A DNA stretch of 64,000 bases from Octopus vulgaris (taxonomy: Eukaryota): the NCBI GenBank assembly GCA_951406725.2, contig OX597815.1, positions 18,166,001 to 18,230,000 of the forward strand. Reading direction: 5' to 3'. The notes under the pieces are model-generated. The model saw only the letters and a list, made by a program, of their open reading frames with translations. It did not search any database and was not told the DNA's origin. Both the position numbers and the translations under genes were made by a program. This document shows, one piece after another, positions 27,898 to 40,182 of the stretch; the first letter of the stretch is position 1; every line of letters begins with the position of its first letter.

Positions 27898-28323
27898 TCG
27901 TTCATTCATTCATTCATTCGTTCATTCATTCATTCATCATTCATCCGTTCATTCATTCATTCATCATTCATTCATTCATTCATCATTCATTCATCATTCA
28001 TTCATCATTCATCCGTTCATTCATTCATTCATTCATCATTCATTCATCCGTTCATTCATTCATTCATTCATTCATTCATTCATTCATTCATTCATTCATC
28101 ATTCATCCGTTCATTCATTCATTCATTCATCATTCATTCATTCGTTCATTCATTCATCATTCATTCATTCATTCGTTCATTCATTCATTCATCATTCATT
28201 CATTCATCATTCATTCATTCGTTCATTCATTCATCATTCATTTATCATTCATTCATTCATCATTCATTCATTCATCATTCATTTATCATTCATTCATTCA
28301 TCATTCATTCATTCATTCATTCA
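27898..28323. repeat. (CATT)n/(CAT)n microsatellite
   Basis: Direct reading; source of the HSFI-repeat ORFs. Confidence 0.97.
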
Positions 28324-28334
28324 TGTATTACTCC

Positions 28335-29065
28335 ATGAGTTCGATTGTGTGGCACTTTGGGCAAGTGTCTTCCACTCCAGCCTCAGGCCGACCAAAGCCT
28401 TGTAAGTGGATTTGGTAGACGGAAACTGAAAGAAGCCCATTGCATGCGTGTATGGCGTGGTGTGTGTATGTGTGTGTGTGTGTGTGTTATGCGTGTCTTT
28501 GTGTTTGTCTCCCACCACTGCTTGACAATCGGTGCCGGTTTGTTTACGTCCCCGTCACATAGTAGTTCTGCAAAAGATACCAATGGAATAAGTGCCAGAT
28601 TTTAAGAATAAGAAGTACTGGGATCAGTTTGTTCGAGTAAACAATCAAAGACAATGCTCTAGCATGGTCATTGTCCAATGAATGAAATAAGTAAAAGATA
28701 ATAAAAGATTAATCCAAGATGGTGGTGGCTCTCCTTCATGTAATAAGAAGGATTCAACTGTACGATTTACTAATTTCCGACTGAATCAACGTATATGTGC
28801 CTGACCATTCCATAGATACATATACCAATAACGTAATTCTAAGGTAGAATCTGCGTGACACAGAACGTGACAAGGATGTAGTTTGTGAATCACAGGTCCA
28901 TCGATCGATGGGCTTTCGTACAGCTTCTATGGAATTAGTTCCACTCAAAATATATGAATTAACATGAAGCTTGTAAAATGATCCTTTATCCAAGATAACA
29001 AGCAACGGGACTGAACCCAGATCCCATGACAGCAAAGCAAATTTCTTAAACACTTGGCCATGCTT
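28335..29065. mobile_element. Family C SINE (+, 28335-28710) and diverged partial minus copy (28870-29065)
   Basis: Homology to 16256-16670. Confidence 0.8.
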
Positions 29066-29156
29066 TGCCTACTTACATATATACACTTATAAGTATAACA
29101 CAAACACACAGACACAGACACATACACGCATATATATATATATTTATATATATATA

Positions 29157-29369
29157 TATTTCTTTACAAGGGGTTAAACATAGAGGGGACAAACGAGGAC
29201 AGACAAAGGGATTAAGTCGATTACATAGACCCCGGTGCGAAATTGGTACTTTATTTATCGACTCCGAAAGGATGAAAGGCAAAGTCGACCTCGGCGGAAT
29301 TTGAACTCAGAACGAAATGCCGCTAAGCATTTCGCCTGGCGCGCTAACGTTTCTGCCAGCTCGCCGCCT

Positions 29370-29370
<1 letters not shown>
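29157..29370 (-). mobile_element. Family A SINE within TA tract
   Basis: Full reverse-complement copy with a small internal deletion. Confidence 0.9.
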
Positions 29371-29412
<42 letters not shown>

Positions 29413-29726
29413 TATGTGTGCGTATGTGTGTGTGTGTGTCTGCGTGCTTATATGCATAAACCTGTATGTTTGAGTGTATCTTTCTCTTGAAATGCACACG
29501 GGATCACATGCTTATTTATGAACACGGTTATATCTCTTTTTCTTATTTATCTTTTCCCTGTGTGTATACATACATACATACATGCATACATACACACATA
29601 CATACATGTATACATACATACACACACGTATGCAAAGTTAAACAGAGCCTACATATGTGAGTGTAAATATTATATGCAGTTGAAGTTGATATTATATGTA
29701 GTTGAAGGAGAAAATGCCAGAGTGGG

Positions 29727-29791
<65 letters not shown>

Positions 29792-30376
29792 GGGAGAGAA
29801 AGGGTAAAAGAAGGAAGATGCTGAACACGAGACATTTAAGCATGTTATGGAATATGGAGCAAAATCGCTTTGAATTAGGGGAGTGATCAACTAACTCTTT
29901 AGGAGAGCTAAATGCAGTGATGCAGGGTAGGTTTTGATGTAAACATTTGAATAATTGCGTTCATCTTCATGCCTAGAAAATAATGAAGTGTAACGATGCG
30001 AGAAGATACGGATACCTTTAACCTTTTATAAGCGAAGTTTGATTTTTCTCTAAGCCAGCAGACGAATTATGAGAACCTCCTGAGTAAACATATTTAGGTA
30101 GGAGTCTGTATTTGGGCTCCGTTATTAAATTACTTGTTTAGTAAGTAGTAATATATTATGATTATTATTTCAATCATTAACTCATGCGAATTTCCCCTTA
30201 GCCATTACATATCAAATCTTCGTTTTAGTTTTCATCTGAGTGTGGGCTGTTGAATCTTATTTCTTCATGTCACTGTGGGAGAAATGTCTAAGTTATATTA
30301 AAAATAAAAAAAAAAGAAACTTGGAAGGCAAAACTTTAAATATATTTTTGTTCTAGTTTAAAAATTACATATTAAA

Positions 30377-30764
30377 TCTCTATATAAAGCTGAAGTTATC
30401 TGTGTATGGCAGGTTTGGTAGCCTTCAACTAACACTATCTCCTCCGAGACCCTGCGGCGCAAATTGACCAAAATTGAGAGTATGATAGAAGGTTTGCCCT
30501 TCATTGCCTGTAGAAGAAAAAAAATCAAATCGGACCATGTTAACACCAAAAATTATTTACATCAAAAAGGTACTTTTATTCTATGAAAATCCCTATTTTT
30601 TACGATTCTTTGACTGCTGTGTCGCCATTTTTCGGTGTATTTCAACCAGAAAAATGTTCACTTAAAGAGAATAACAAGCTACATAATGCAAAAGTTTTAC
30701 TTTTCAAAAATTCCAATTCTAAAGGGTCGAAACAAACCCGAGCAACGCCTGGCGATACTACAAG
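30377..30764 (+). mobile_element. Non-autonomous Helitron (~390 bp)
   Basis: A|TCTCTATATAAAGC 5' end; subterminal hairpin CCCGAGCAACGCCTGG ~11 nt before CAAG|T (decayed CTAG); inserted between A and T with no TSD. Confidence 0.75.
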
Positions 30765-31445
30765 TATTATTAAAAGCTGTCACTGGAGAGAATTTGACCA
30801 CGTGACTGCATGTTTACAACTATCCACCGACGAACAGGTTTAACAACTGAAAGTCACCTACAAGAAGAAATAGAAAAACGAGTAAAAGCGTTTATATTAG
30901 AATAGTATAAATCTTGGTCGATCAGCCTGTTAAATATAGCGCCTAAATCGCTCTCAAATCAAACCCTGTCATTAGCAAAAAATTTCAAAGGAAATATTAG
31001 ATCACGATCTTCTTGGTACTTTAAAATGTCACGACGGCCACGTTTGAATACCTTTAATCGTAAGGCTACTTAATAAAGCTAATCTGAGACTAAACAACAA
31101 GACTAATAGATTTTTTTCAGTTATCATCTAGAAAGTAATGTTCAGCTCATAACGGTTTCGATTTACGAAGCTTCTCTTTATTCCTTCAACACGACTTTCT
31201 ACATATTGAATTGTAGTGGAAGTAATTGAACACATTTGTCCGTTTCCTGTTATCTCCCGACAAATTTCATCGAGCCTAACGAAGCTGGTCCTACAAATTA
31301 CAGTACAGATACAGCCTATACGATGGGTGTTTATACAGGTTTCTTGTACCAGTTTTAATCATAGTGTTTATTATTTTGTGCCGAAGCTATAGCAAAAGAT
31401 ACGTGCCTATATGCTAGTTGAGAAAGTTTTAGCTATCTACCTTAA

Positions 31446-33778
31446 CCTTCTGTCTACTAATGGGTCCAATGGACCCATTTCAGTTATTCCTGTTGCTTTT
31501 TCCTACTGTTTATATTATTTGATTCTGCTGATTTCTTTTGACGGGTATTTTTTCTTAACTCTTTTTTATTTGTCAAATGGGAAATTTTCGGTATGTTTAT
31601 AAAAGCTAGAAATTTTCACTTTACACATTAATTACCGTATAGGTCCATTGGACTCTCGAATTAAATTCAAACAATACTCTTGTCATTCTAAACAGTATAA
31701 AAGCAGTATCAAATATTATTTTTCTAGACATTTATCAGATATAAAATAAATAAAATTGATTTCATTTTATTTGCTGAGTTTTAGATAAAATAGGAAAAAT
31801 TATGAAAATATTCCTGTAAATTTGTGTGGTATTGCATCACCTTCAATCTGCTAGGTCATAGGGTGATGCAATATTTCTATGTGATGATGCAATTCTTAGA
31901 ATATATTGCATCATCTTTCAGTAGAGTATAAATATGTTAGAGAGCAATATCTGCCTTTAGTCTGCTATCAAGTTTTATATAGTCCAGTTGTGCTTTCCAA
32001 TATGCCTAGACTTGAAAACTTGAGTGAAGACCAAATATCGAAAATGTTATTGAAATTAGATGAAGAATGGGAAGAATATAGTAGTGATTCCTTCTATTGC
32101 TCAGAAGATGATAGTGATTGGGTGCTGGGTAGCTTAGGTTTTGTGTCATCAGATGATGAAGATACTTAAAAACAATTATCTGCAAGCCACCCAATTATGA
32201 ATGAGCAATATGTTTCTAGAGACAGACAAGAGGTTTGGCATTCTAATACTTTTACTCAAGCAGCAGTAAGAACTTCATCTTGCAATTTTGTGCACCAAAT
32301 TTTTTGCTTAAAGGCCTTGCGATAGCATTGAAACATGCTTCACTATCTTTATGCGACAGAATCGTCTTGAAGTCATTCGTAAGTGGACAAACGTTGAAGG
32401 TGGGGTTGTTTACAAAGATAAATGGAAGAAAATTGATCACTCTGAACTAAAGAAATTTATTGGACTGTTTATTCTTATAGGTGTTTATAAATCGAAACAT
32501 GAAAATATCACACAGTTATGGAGCCAAGAAGATGGTTGCCCAGTATTCAACAAAATTATGGGCCGGAGAATATTTCAACAGATTTTACAAGTATTGCGTT
32601 TTGATGATGCTAGTGCAAGAAGAAAAAAGAGAAGTGATGATAAATTGGAGCCCATAAATGAAGTATTTGTAATGTGGAATCAGAATTTGCAAGATGGATA
32701 TGTTCTAAGTTCATGCATGACAGTTGATGAACAATTAGTTTCATTCGGAGGGCGCTACCCATTCCAGATACAAAACCTTCAAAACCAGAAAAATATGGAA
32801 TTAAAATTTGGGAAATATGCGACAGGGAAACATCTTATGCCTGAAAAATGCAAATCTATGCTGGAAAAGACCCAGTAAAAGGAAGAGAGACAAATCAAAG
32901 TTCAAGAGTTGTTGAAGATCTAGTAAAAGAACTTGAAAATAATGATCGCAATATAACTTGTGATAATTGTTTTACACGTCTAGTATTGGCTCGAAAGCTG
33001 CTTAGCAAGAAAACTACTTTAGTTGGAACAACTAGAAAGAACAGAGTTGAATTTCTAAGTGCTTTCACAAATGAAAAAGAAAGAAAAGTCAACAGCACAA
33101 TATTTGGATTTCAAAAGGATTCTATGATCCTATCTTATGATCTCAAGAAAAATTATGTAGTTACACTTATGAGTACAATGTACTCTCAGCCTTCAGTTGA
33201 TTCAAAAGGTGCTGAAAAGAAACCTGAAGTTATTACATGCTACAACAAAACAAAAGGAGGGGTAGATGACTCGAAGGTGGCCTATGGTTATATTCTACAA
33301 CATGATTAATAAAAATGCAGTGAATGCTTTCATTGTTGCTAAACAGCTTCGCTTTCAAAGTTTCAAGGATAAAAGAAGACAGTGCCTAATTCAGTTAGGA
33401 AAGGAACTTGCTGGAGTTAATGCTAAACAAGAACATGACAAATAGTCTTCTAGTTCCGCTAACATTTCTCAACCAAACAAGAAAAGAAGACGATCTTCAA
33501 CCTCATTTGAGATTCCTCAGCCAAAGAAAAAAGTAAGTTCTTTGAGTGAACACCACAAAAAAAAAAAAAAAAAAAGACAGGAAATCTCGCACTACATGTA
33601 AGAATTGTAATATCCATGTTTGCTAAGAACATTCCAATGTTGTCTGCATTCACTCACCTGATAGCATATATAATGTAGCTAAGAAATAGTGGTAGTTTGA
33701 ATAAAATTTAATTAAAATAAAAATATTAGGTCCCAAGTTGGTAATTAGTGACATACAGTTTCTCTGGAAGACCAAGGG
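31446..33778 (+). mobile_element. Full-length decayed piggyBac transposon
   Basis: TTAA at 31442-31445 and 33779-33782; CC...GGG ends with degenerate ~13-bp TIRs; subterminal palindrome AATGGGTCCAATGGACCCATT. Confidence 0.88.
32002..33672 (+). pseudogene. piggyBac (PGBD4-like) transposase pseudogene
   Basis: Acidic N-terminus; DDD motifs TVDEQL, ITCDNCFT, KGGVD; C-terminal Cys-rich CKNCNIHVC*EH; stops, frameshifts and a deletion after GGVD. Confidence 0.9.
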
Positions 33779-34789
33779 TTAAAAGAGCGAACATTTGTTC
33801 ATTTGTGATAATGTTTATTTTGCCCCATCCTTATAAGTCACTTTCTCGAGATTTTCAGTGCAGATGAAGAACATTAAATTAGAATGCAATGATATTGACG
33901 AGGTTGAATCGTTTCCATATTAGTGACTTTTAAACAAAAAAAAAAAAAGGATTTTCCATATTTCTATAAGAAAGACAGTGTTTCAAATATTTAGGCAGCT
34001 TAGGTTAACATTTCGAGAGCATTAAATTTTCTCATCATCCATGAACAAAATGAAATTTGTAACCACAATGCACAGATATTACTAACTTCTTAATACGCAT
34101 ATTCAGTGATTTAAAATCTACGATTACTACTTCAGTGAAGTAATCAAGATTTCTTTTGTAGTTTTCGAACATTTATTTAATTAAATTCAGACAGTATGAT
34201 ATATTAATCAATTCACTGTTAATTTGTTTCAAAAAATATTTTTACTGACGAGTGCAGTTGTATTGTATTGTCAACAAGATGGAGTAGATTTATATTTGTG
34301 GTGGCTTTAAAGAAGATGGACGCTTAATATCTTTATGCGTGGGTTGTGTCTTAAAAATACCCCCAACAACTAACTAATATATGCATACGATTATAAACTA
34401 ATTGATGTAAGTTGTTGATCAAACATAGCTGTTGGACAAATTCTTTGATCACTTAGTAAATCAATTGATTAAATCAGTTAGGAGAAAACTCAACTGGCAT
34501 CATTATTATATTCACAAGCATTCACGCATTCGAGCTCTGTTCGCATATTTCGTCTTTTATCCTCCATATTTTCACTGTTCAACTGCCGAAAAAAAAAATT
34601 ACTGTGAAGGTAATAAAGATGGTCTTGATTTAAACTTCATGATTCTCTTCTGCCTTTTATTTTTCTTCTTTTCATTTTTCTTTTTGATTAATGTTTCACT
34701 TTAGACATTTACGTCTTGCTTTTTTTATTTTTAGTTTTGCTGCCTTGGAAAGACATACACGGTAACAGATACATCAGACCGACATTATT

Positions 34790-35480
34790 TCAGCCACTTC
34801 ATAAATTTCGCATTTACGAAAATATCCTTCAACTCCTGCGAAATACACGCTTTTTCGAAATTATGTGTATCATCAAAATCATTTCTCACCCGGTTGATCT
34901 CACATATTTCAAATGCGTTCAACAACTTTCCTTTGTGTTGATGATGCTTTTTTTGCATACAAGCTCACTATATATATTTCTTTATTGCCCACAAGGGGCT
35001 AAACATAGAGAGGACAAACAAGGACAGACAAACGGATTAAGTCGATTACATCGACCCCAGTGCGAAACAGGTACTTTTATTTATCGACTCCGAAAGGAGG
35101 AAAGGCAAAATCGACCCCGGCGGAATTTTAACTCAGAACGTAACGACAGACAAAATACCGCTAAGCATTTCGCCCGGCGTGCTAACGATTCTGCCAGCTT
35201 GACGCCTTATACAAGCTCACCATATAGCATCTTTTTCACTGAAGTATCCGAGCATAAGGAAAGAGTACTTGTGTGCGATTGCCTCAATGTTCAAATCTTC
35301 GGTTCCTCTCAAAATCTCTTGTCCACGATGAACCGGCTGACATTCGAACTTTGTCTCAAACGTCTCTTATGAATGCATTCACGAACTTTTATATGAAGTT
35401 TGTAAAGGGTCCGTGTTCCACATCTACCACGAATAAGGAAGGGACTTCAGTTCACTGGTACCATACACAATAACTGTTGT
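34790..35480 (-). pseudogene. Degenerate RTE/BovB-like LINE remnant interrupted by a SINE
   Basis: Minus strand LIRGRCGTRTLYKLHIKVRECIHKRRLRQ resembles RTE LLYGCETWTLY..HI..LE.FH.RCLR; KKMLYGEL motif spans the SINE insertion site. Confidence 0.6.
34975..35208 (-). mobile_element. Family A SINE monomer
   Basis: TSD ATACAAGCTCAC at 34957-34968 and 35209-35220. Confidence 0.92.
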
Positions 35481-36024
35481 CAATCTATTGATATCAGCGC
35501 AAACACTTGCACACATAACAACAGAATCAGAACTTTTTCTGGACATATATTATTGCGAGAAATTCTCTAACTAAATTATTTCTTTGGAAATTAATTGTTT
35601 ATTTGATAATTCCATAGTGAATCGTTTATTTAATTCCACTGTAAGTAGTTAATCTATTATCCACATATTACTGAGATGGGGATGTAAAGATGATTGAGAT
35701 TCACAAAGATCTGTTCTGAAGTCTCTATGCCTAACTATTGTAAGGTGTGACATCACCTGTTATTACTCTAAAGGCGATAGAATGAGTACCATTAAGGTGC
35801 ATGTATCAATTTTATTGGCTATAGAATATTCCTCATAAACATTTGGTTTTGTGCGCTTGCTCAACTGAAATTAGCTGTCTATATTAATTATAGTCATATG
35901 TAAGAAATATATATCAGTCTCATCATTATATTTATGCCTAGTAATATAAAAATAATTAGTCATAAATATTTCACTAGTGATGTATGCTGATGATCTCTCT
36001 TTTACTATATATTTAAAACAAAAT

Positions 36025-36070
<46 letters not shown>

Positions 36071-36072
<2 letters not shown>

Positions 36073-36258
36073 GGAGAGTTTACGAAAAAACAAAAGACAA
36101 AGACAGGTGGTGTACAAAACAAACAGATGTATTAGTATAACGCTCAGGAATAGAAAAAGTCTTTTACGTTTCGAGCCTACGCTCTTCTACAGAAAGGGAC
36201 ACAGAAAAAAACAAGGAGAGAAAAATGTGTGTAGTGGCTAACGATCTATCATGGCGAC
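36071..36258 (-). mobile_element. Family H1 element with hammerhead-like motif, flanked by (TA)n on both sides
   Basis: Minus strand CTTT-CTGTAGA-A-GAGC-GTAG-GCTC-GAAA-CG-TA-AAAG at 36161-36196. Confidence 0.72.
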
Positions 36259-36828
36259 TATATATATATATATATAAAACACATGCACGCGCGCGCGCGC
36301 ACACACACGCACACACAGTTAGATGTATGTATGTATGAATCAGACTAGTTTCTTGCTCATCGTTTGTCGTCGAATATACCTGATATCCACCATTTGTTTG
36401 TACGTCCGGAGTGGTGGGTCCGGTGGTGGCTGATGAGCACCGATCCAGAGTAAGAGTCGTCTCTCACTTGTTGAGTACGTATGAAAAGGCACAGCACTTG
36501 TGTGCGGGAATAGATATGAAAATATTTAATATGTTTGAGTCATAAGAAAGACAATAAGGGCCAAGTTTTGATTATTCGTTGATATAACAATTTCGTGGCA
36601 AGACCAAATACGAAAGGAAGCTGCAACGTAATCGTTCTAAATTCTAGAAATAGGAACCAATGTTTCTTCAAACCATACTCACTGCTTTACAAAAGGGTAG
36701 GACACCTAAGATAAATGAACTTTCTCATGCACCTAAACAAAGAAATAGTTATAGCTAGAATGTCTTTCATTATTGGCTTTATGTAGGACTGAGCAGCAGC
36801 AATATGTGCGTAATATATGTAAAATTAT

Positions 36829-37403
36829 AAGGCAGAAACGTTAGTACTCCGGACGAAATGCTTAGCGGTTTTTCGTCTGCCGTTACGTTCTGAGTTCAAA
36901 TTCCACCGAGGTCGACTTTGCCTTTCATCCTTCCGGGGTCCATAAATTAAGTACCAGTTACGCACTGGGGTCGATGTAATTGACTTAATCCGTTTGTCTG
37001 TCCTTGTTTGTCCTCTCTGTGTTTAACCCCTTATGGGTAGTAAAGAAACATGTATTTCTTCTGCCGCTATGTTCTGAGTTCAAATTCCGCCGAGGTCGAC
37101 TTTGCCTTTCATCTTTTCGGGGTCGATAAATAAAGTACCAGTTACGCACTGGGGTCGATATAATCGACTTAATCCGTTTGCCTGTCCTTGTTTTTCCTCT
37201 CTCGGTGTAGCCCCTTGCGGGTAGTAAAGAAATAGGTATTTCGTCTGCTGTTACGTTCTCAGTTCAAATTCCGCCGAGGTCGACTTTGCCTTTCGTCCTT
37301 CGGGATCGATGAATTAAGTACCAGTTGCGTAATGGGGTCGATCTAATCATCTGGTGCCCTCCCTGAAAAGTTTGAGCCTTGTGCCTAGAGTAGAAAAGAA
37401 TAT
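36829..37403 (+). mobile_element. Family A SINE trimer ending in the alternative tail
   Basis: Three body units; TSD TATGTAAAATTAT at 36816-36828 and 37404-37416. Confidence 0.9.
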
Positions 37404-38779
37404 TATGTAAAATTATGAGCCATAATATCTAGCAAGACATATATAGAGTTTAGGTGTTACCTATAATTTGCCCGATGAATTTTTAAAAAATTACTCTTTA
37501 TATTCTTTGTCAATAAACGGATGCAACAAAAGTAGAAAAAATTAGCATGAATCTATTATCAGATTAAAAAAAATAGAATTAACAATAGAAAATGGGTTTA
37601 AATTTTATACTGCAATGTAATAAATAACATCAAATTTCTTCTGAAACTCCGTATAATTTTTCAATAAATTACCTAAACTAGGAGGAAGTACAATGTAGTC
37701 TTACAAAATAGCTATTAGGTTCATATGAAGCCTTGTTTGCGTGTTTTATATAAAATAGGCACTGATTAACTGGAACTCTTTAATCTACGTTTAATCTGAT
37801 CAGTTTTGATGTGTACAGTTTATTAGTAGGTTACTAAAGCCACGTGGTATTATTTCTTAAATCAAAGAATGTGTTCTTTTATTCGTTCGATATATAAAAG
37901 AAATATATATTAAATAAAGATATTTATTTCTTTGAATGTTTGCTAAAAGAGGAAGATATTAGGTTTGATGCGTAGCTCATAAAAGCTGAAAGCCATTTTA
38001 TAGACTTAAAACGGTATCATTGATAAATAAGGGCACTTTGAAGTTAGAAAGTTGTTTAATAAATTTGTTTACACTATTTTTGTAATGGAAAAAGTGACAC
38101 ACTAGATATACTGTTAACGTTTATTTGCGTGAGAAGTATGCGTTTCAAACTTTTGAAGTTTAATCAATATTAGAAAACCTTGTTTCATCTATCGTACAAT
38201 CTCTACAAAAACTTTAATTCTAAATCATGGTGGAATACACATATTTATATACCAAATGTACCATTGTTGATTCGTTCATTGTTATCTTTAAATAATGCCA
38301 CTTGAAAGAGACTAGCGTGAGTTCAAAATTAGATATGCATTTCAGTATATATATAAATTTGTAAACTCTTCGGAGTTATTCGTAGTTGTCGCTTGCTCTC
38401 TAAATGAGAATGACGGTGTAAACCCAAACAATCTCAGTATTCTTGTGAAGAATAATTTTAAACATGGAACAATACAATAAAAACCACAGAAATAAGGAGA
38501 TATGTGATGGGACTGTGATTGCACATGAAAGGTATCGGCACAAAGAGAAGGATTAATGGCCATTTTAAACTCAATGGGATTGAGCATAAATGGACGTACA
38601 TCAATAGAGAAAGATATTTTTTCTGAAACTCTACTGGTTCTCTCAATTCACCGCATTTCTTTATTTTTTTCGTTTTTGGTTGTATGTCATATAAATAGTG
38701 AATTGAGAAAAACTGATATTTGGAGTCCGTTTCTAGTTGATTGGTATTATTATTATTATTGTTATTATTATTATTATTA

Positions 38780-38810
<31 letters not shown>

Positions 38811-38811
<1 letters not shown>

Positions 38812-39364
38812 GAGTGAGAGAGCAGTTCATGCCATCAAAGTGACACTGGTGTAAAATATACGAAGCTCAGTATATCCATCATGACTATCCGTCTGAGAAG
38901 GGTACACCAGACACATGCATCACAACCATATGTGCACGACATGGTGATCTCATATCGAGATAAACAGCGCATGACCTTGCAGGTGAGGCCCAGTTAGAAT
39001 TTTCTTCTGGTCGGGTAACCCATATCGCTCAAAAGGTCCATGAATAAGGGTTGTTTAAGGATGTTGAACGAAAGACCCATGTTTCAGGGGTGAATTATTC
39101 AAACCCCAAAGAATCCCTCTCAACACATGGCTATGATGCTCCACCACTACTTCTGCTCATGATCAGAGATGCACATATCGTCAGCCACTAAGGGACATGG
39201 TCAACTGGTTAAGGTCAAACAACTGACAAGCAAATCTGTGGTATTGAGCAGAATATTTGCTGTAGCCCATCTTTTATACCAAAACAAAACAATGTACATG
39301 ATAACACTTCCAATCAGTCAAGATCAGAAGCCAGGAGAGCCACTGCCTGGTACTGCATCAGGGC

Positions 39365-39366
<2 letters not shown>
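38811..39366. mobile_element. ~555-bp insertion in a (TAT)n microsatellite, possibly Dong/R4-related
   Basis: Non-repetitive, GC-richer block bounded on both sides by (TAT)n in the same orientation; no ORF recognised. Confidence 0.5.
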
Positions 39367-39422
<56 letters not shown>

Positions 39423-39492
39423 GTTTAGTATAGACAATCGGAAGAAACGGTACTCATTACTATGGTAGAATTTAATAATATTTCTGTTTTGG

Positions 39493-39885
39493 AAGGCGGC
39501 GAGCTGGCAGAAACGTTAGCACGCTTAGCGATATTTCGTTTGCCGCTACGTTCTGAGTTCAAATTCCGCCGAGGTCGACTTTTGCCTTCTATCCTTTCGG
39601 GGTCGATTAAATAAGTACCAGTTACGCAGTGGGGTCGATATAATCGACTTAATCCGTTTGTCTGTCCTTGTTTGTCCTCTCTGTGTTTAGTCACTTGTGG
39701 GTAGTAAAGAAATAGGTATTTCGTCCTTCTTTACGTTCTGAGTTCAATTTCCGCCGAGGTCCACTTTGCTTCTTATCGTTTCGGGGTCAATTAAATAAGT
39801 ACCAAATACGCCCTGGAGTCGATGTAATCGATTTAATCTCTTCCCTCAAAATTTGAAACCTTGTGCTCCCAGTAGAAAGAATTAT
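39493..39885 (+). mobile_element. Family A SINE dimer
   Basis: Head plus two body units with the AAATAG|GTATTTCG junction. Confidence 0.88.
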
Positions 39886-40182
39886 TATTAGTTGTAGTAG
39901 TAGTAGTGGTGATAGTAATAACAATAGCAGCAGCAAGTGTAGCAGCACCAGTAATAATAGCAACGGTAGTCGTAGTAGTAGTAGTAGTAGCAACGGTAGC
40001 AGTAGTAGTAGTAGCAACGGTAGCAGTAGTAGTAGTAGTAGCAACGGTGGCAGTAGTAATAATAGTAGTAGTAGTAGTAATAGTAGTAGTAGTGATAGTA
40101 GTAATAGTAGTAGTAGTAGTAGTAGCAACGGTAGTAGTAGTAGTAGTAGTAGTAATAGTAGTAGTAGTAGTAGTAGTAGTTA
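39886..40182. repeat. (AGT/AGC)n compound microsatellite
   Basis: Direct reading. Confidence 0.95.

Noticed and set aside
34716-35372. 218-aa ORF
   Set aside because: Runs through an antisense SINE and an antisense decayed RTE fragment
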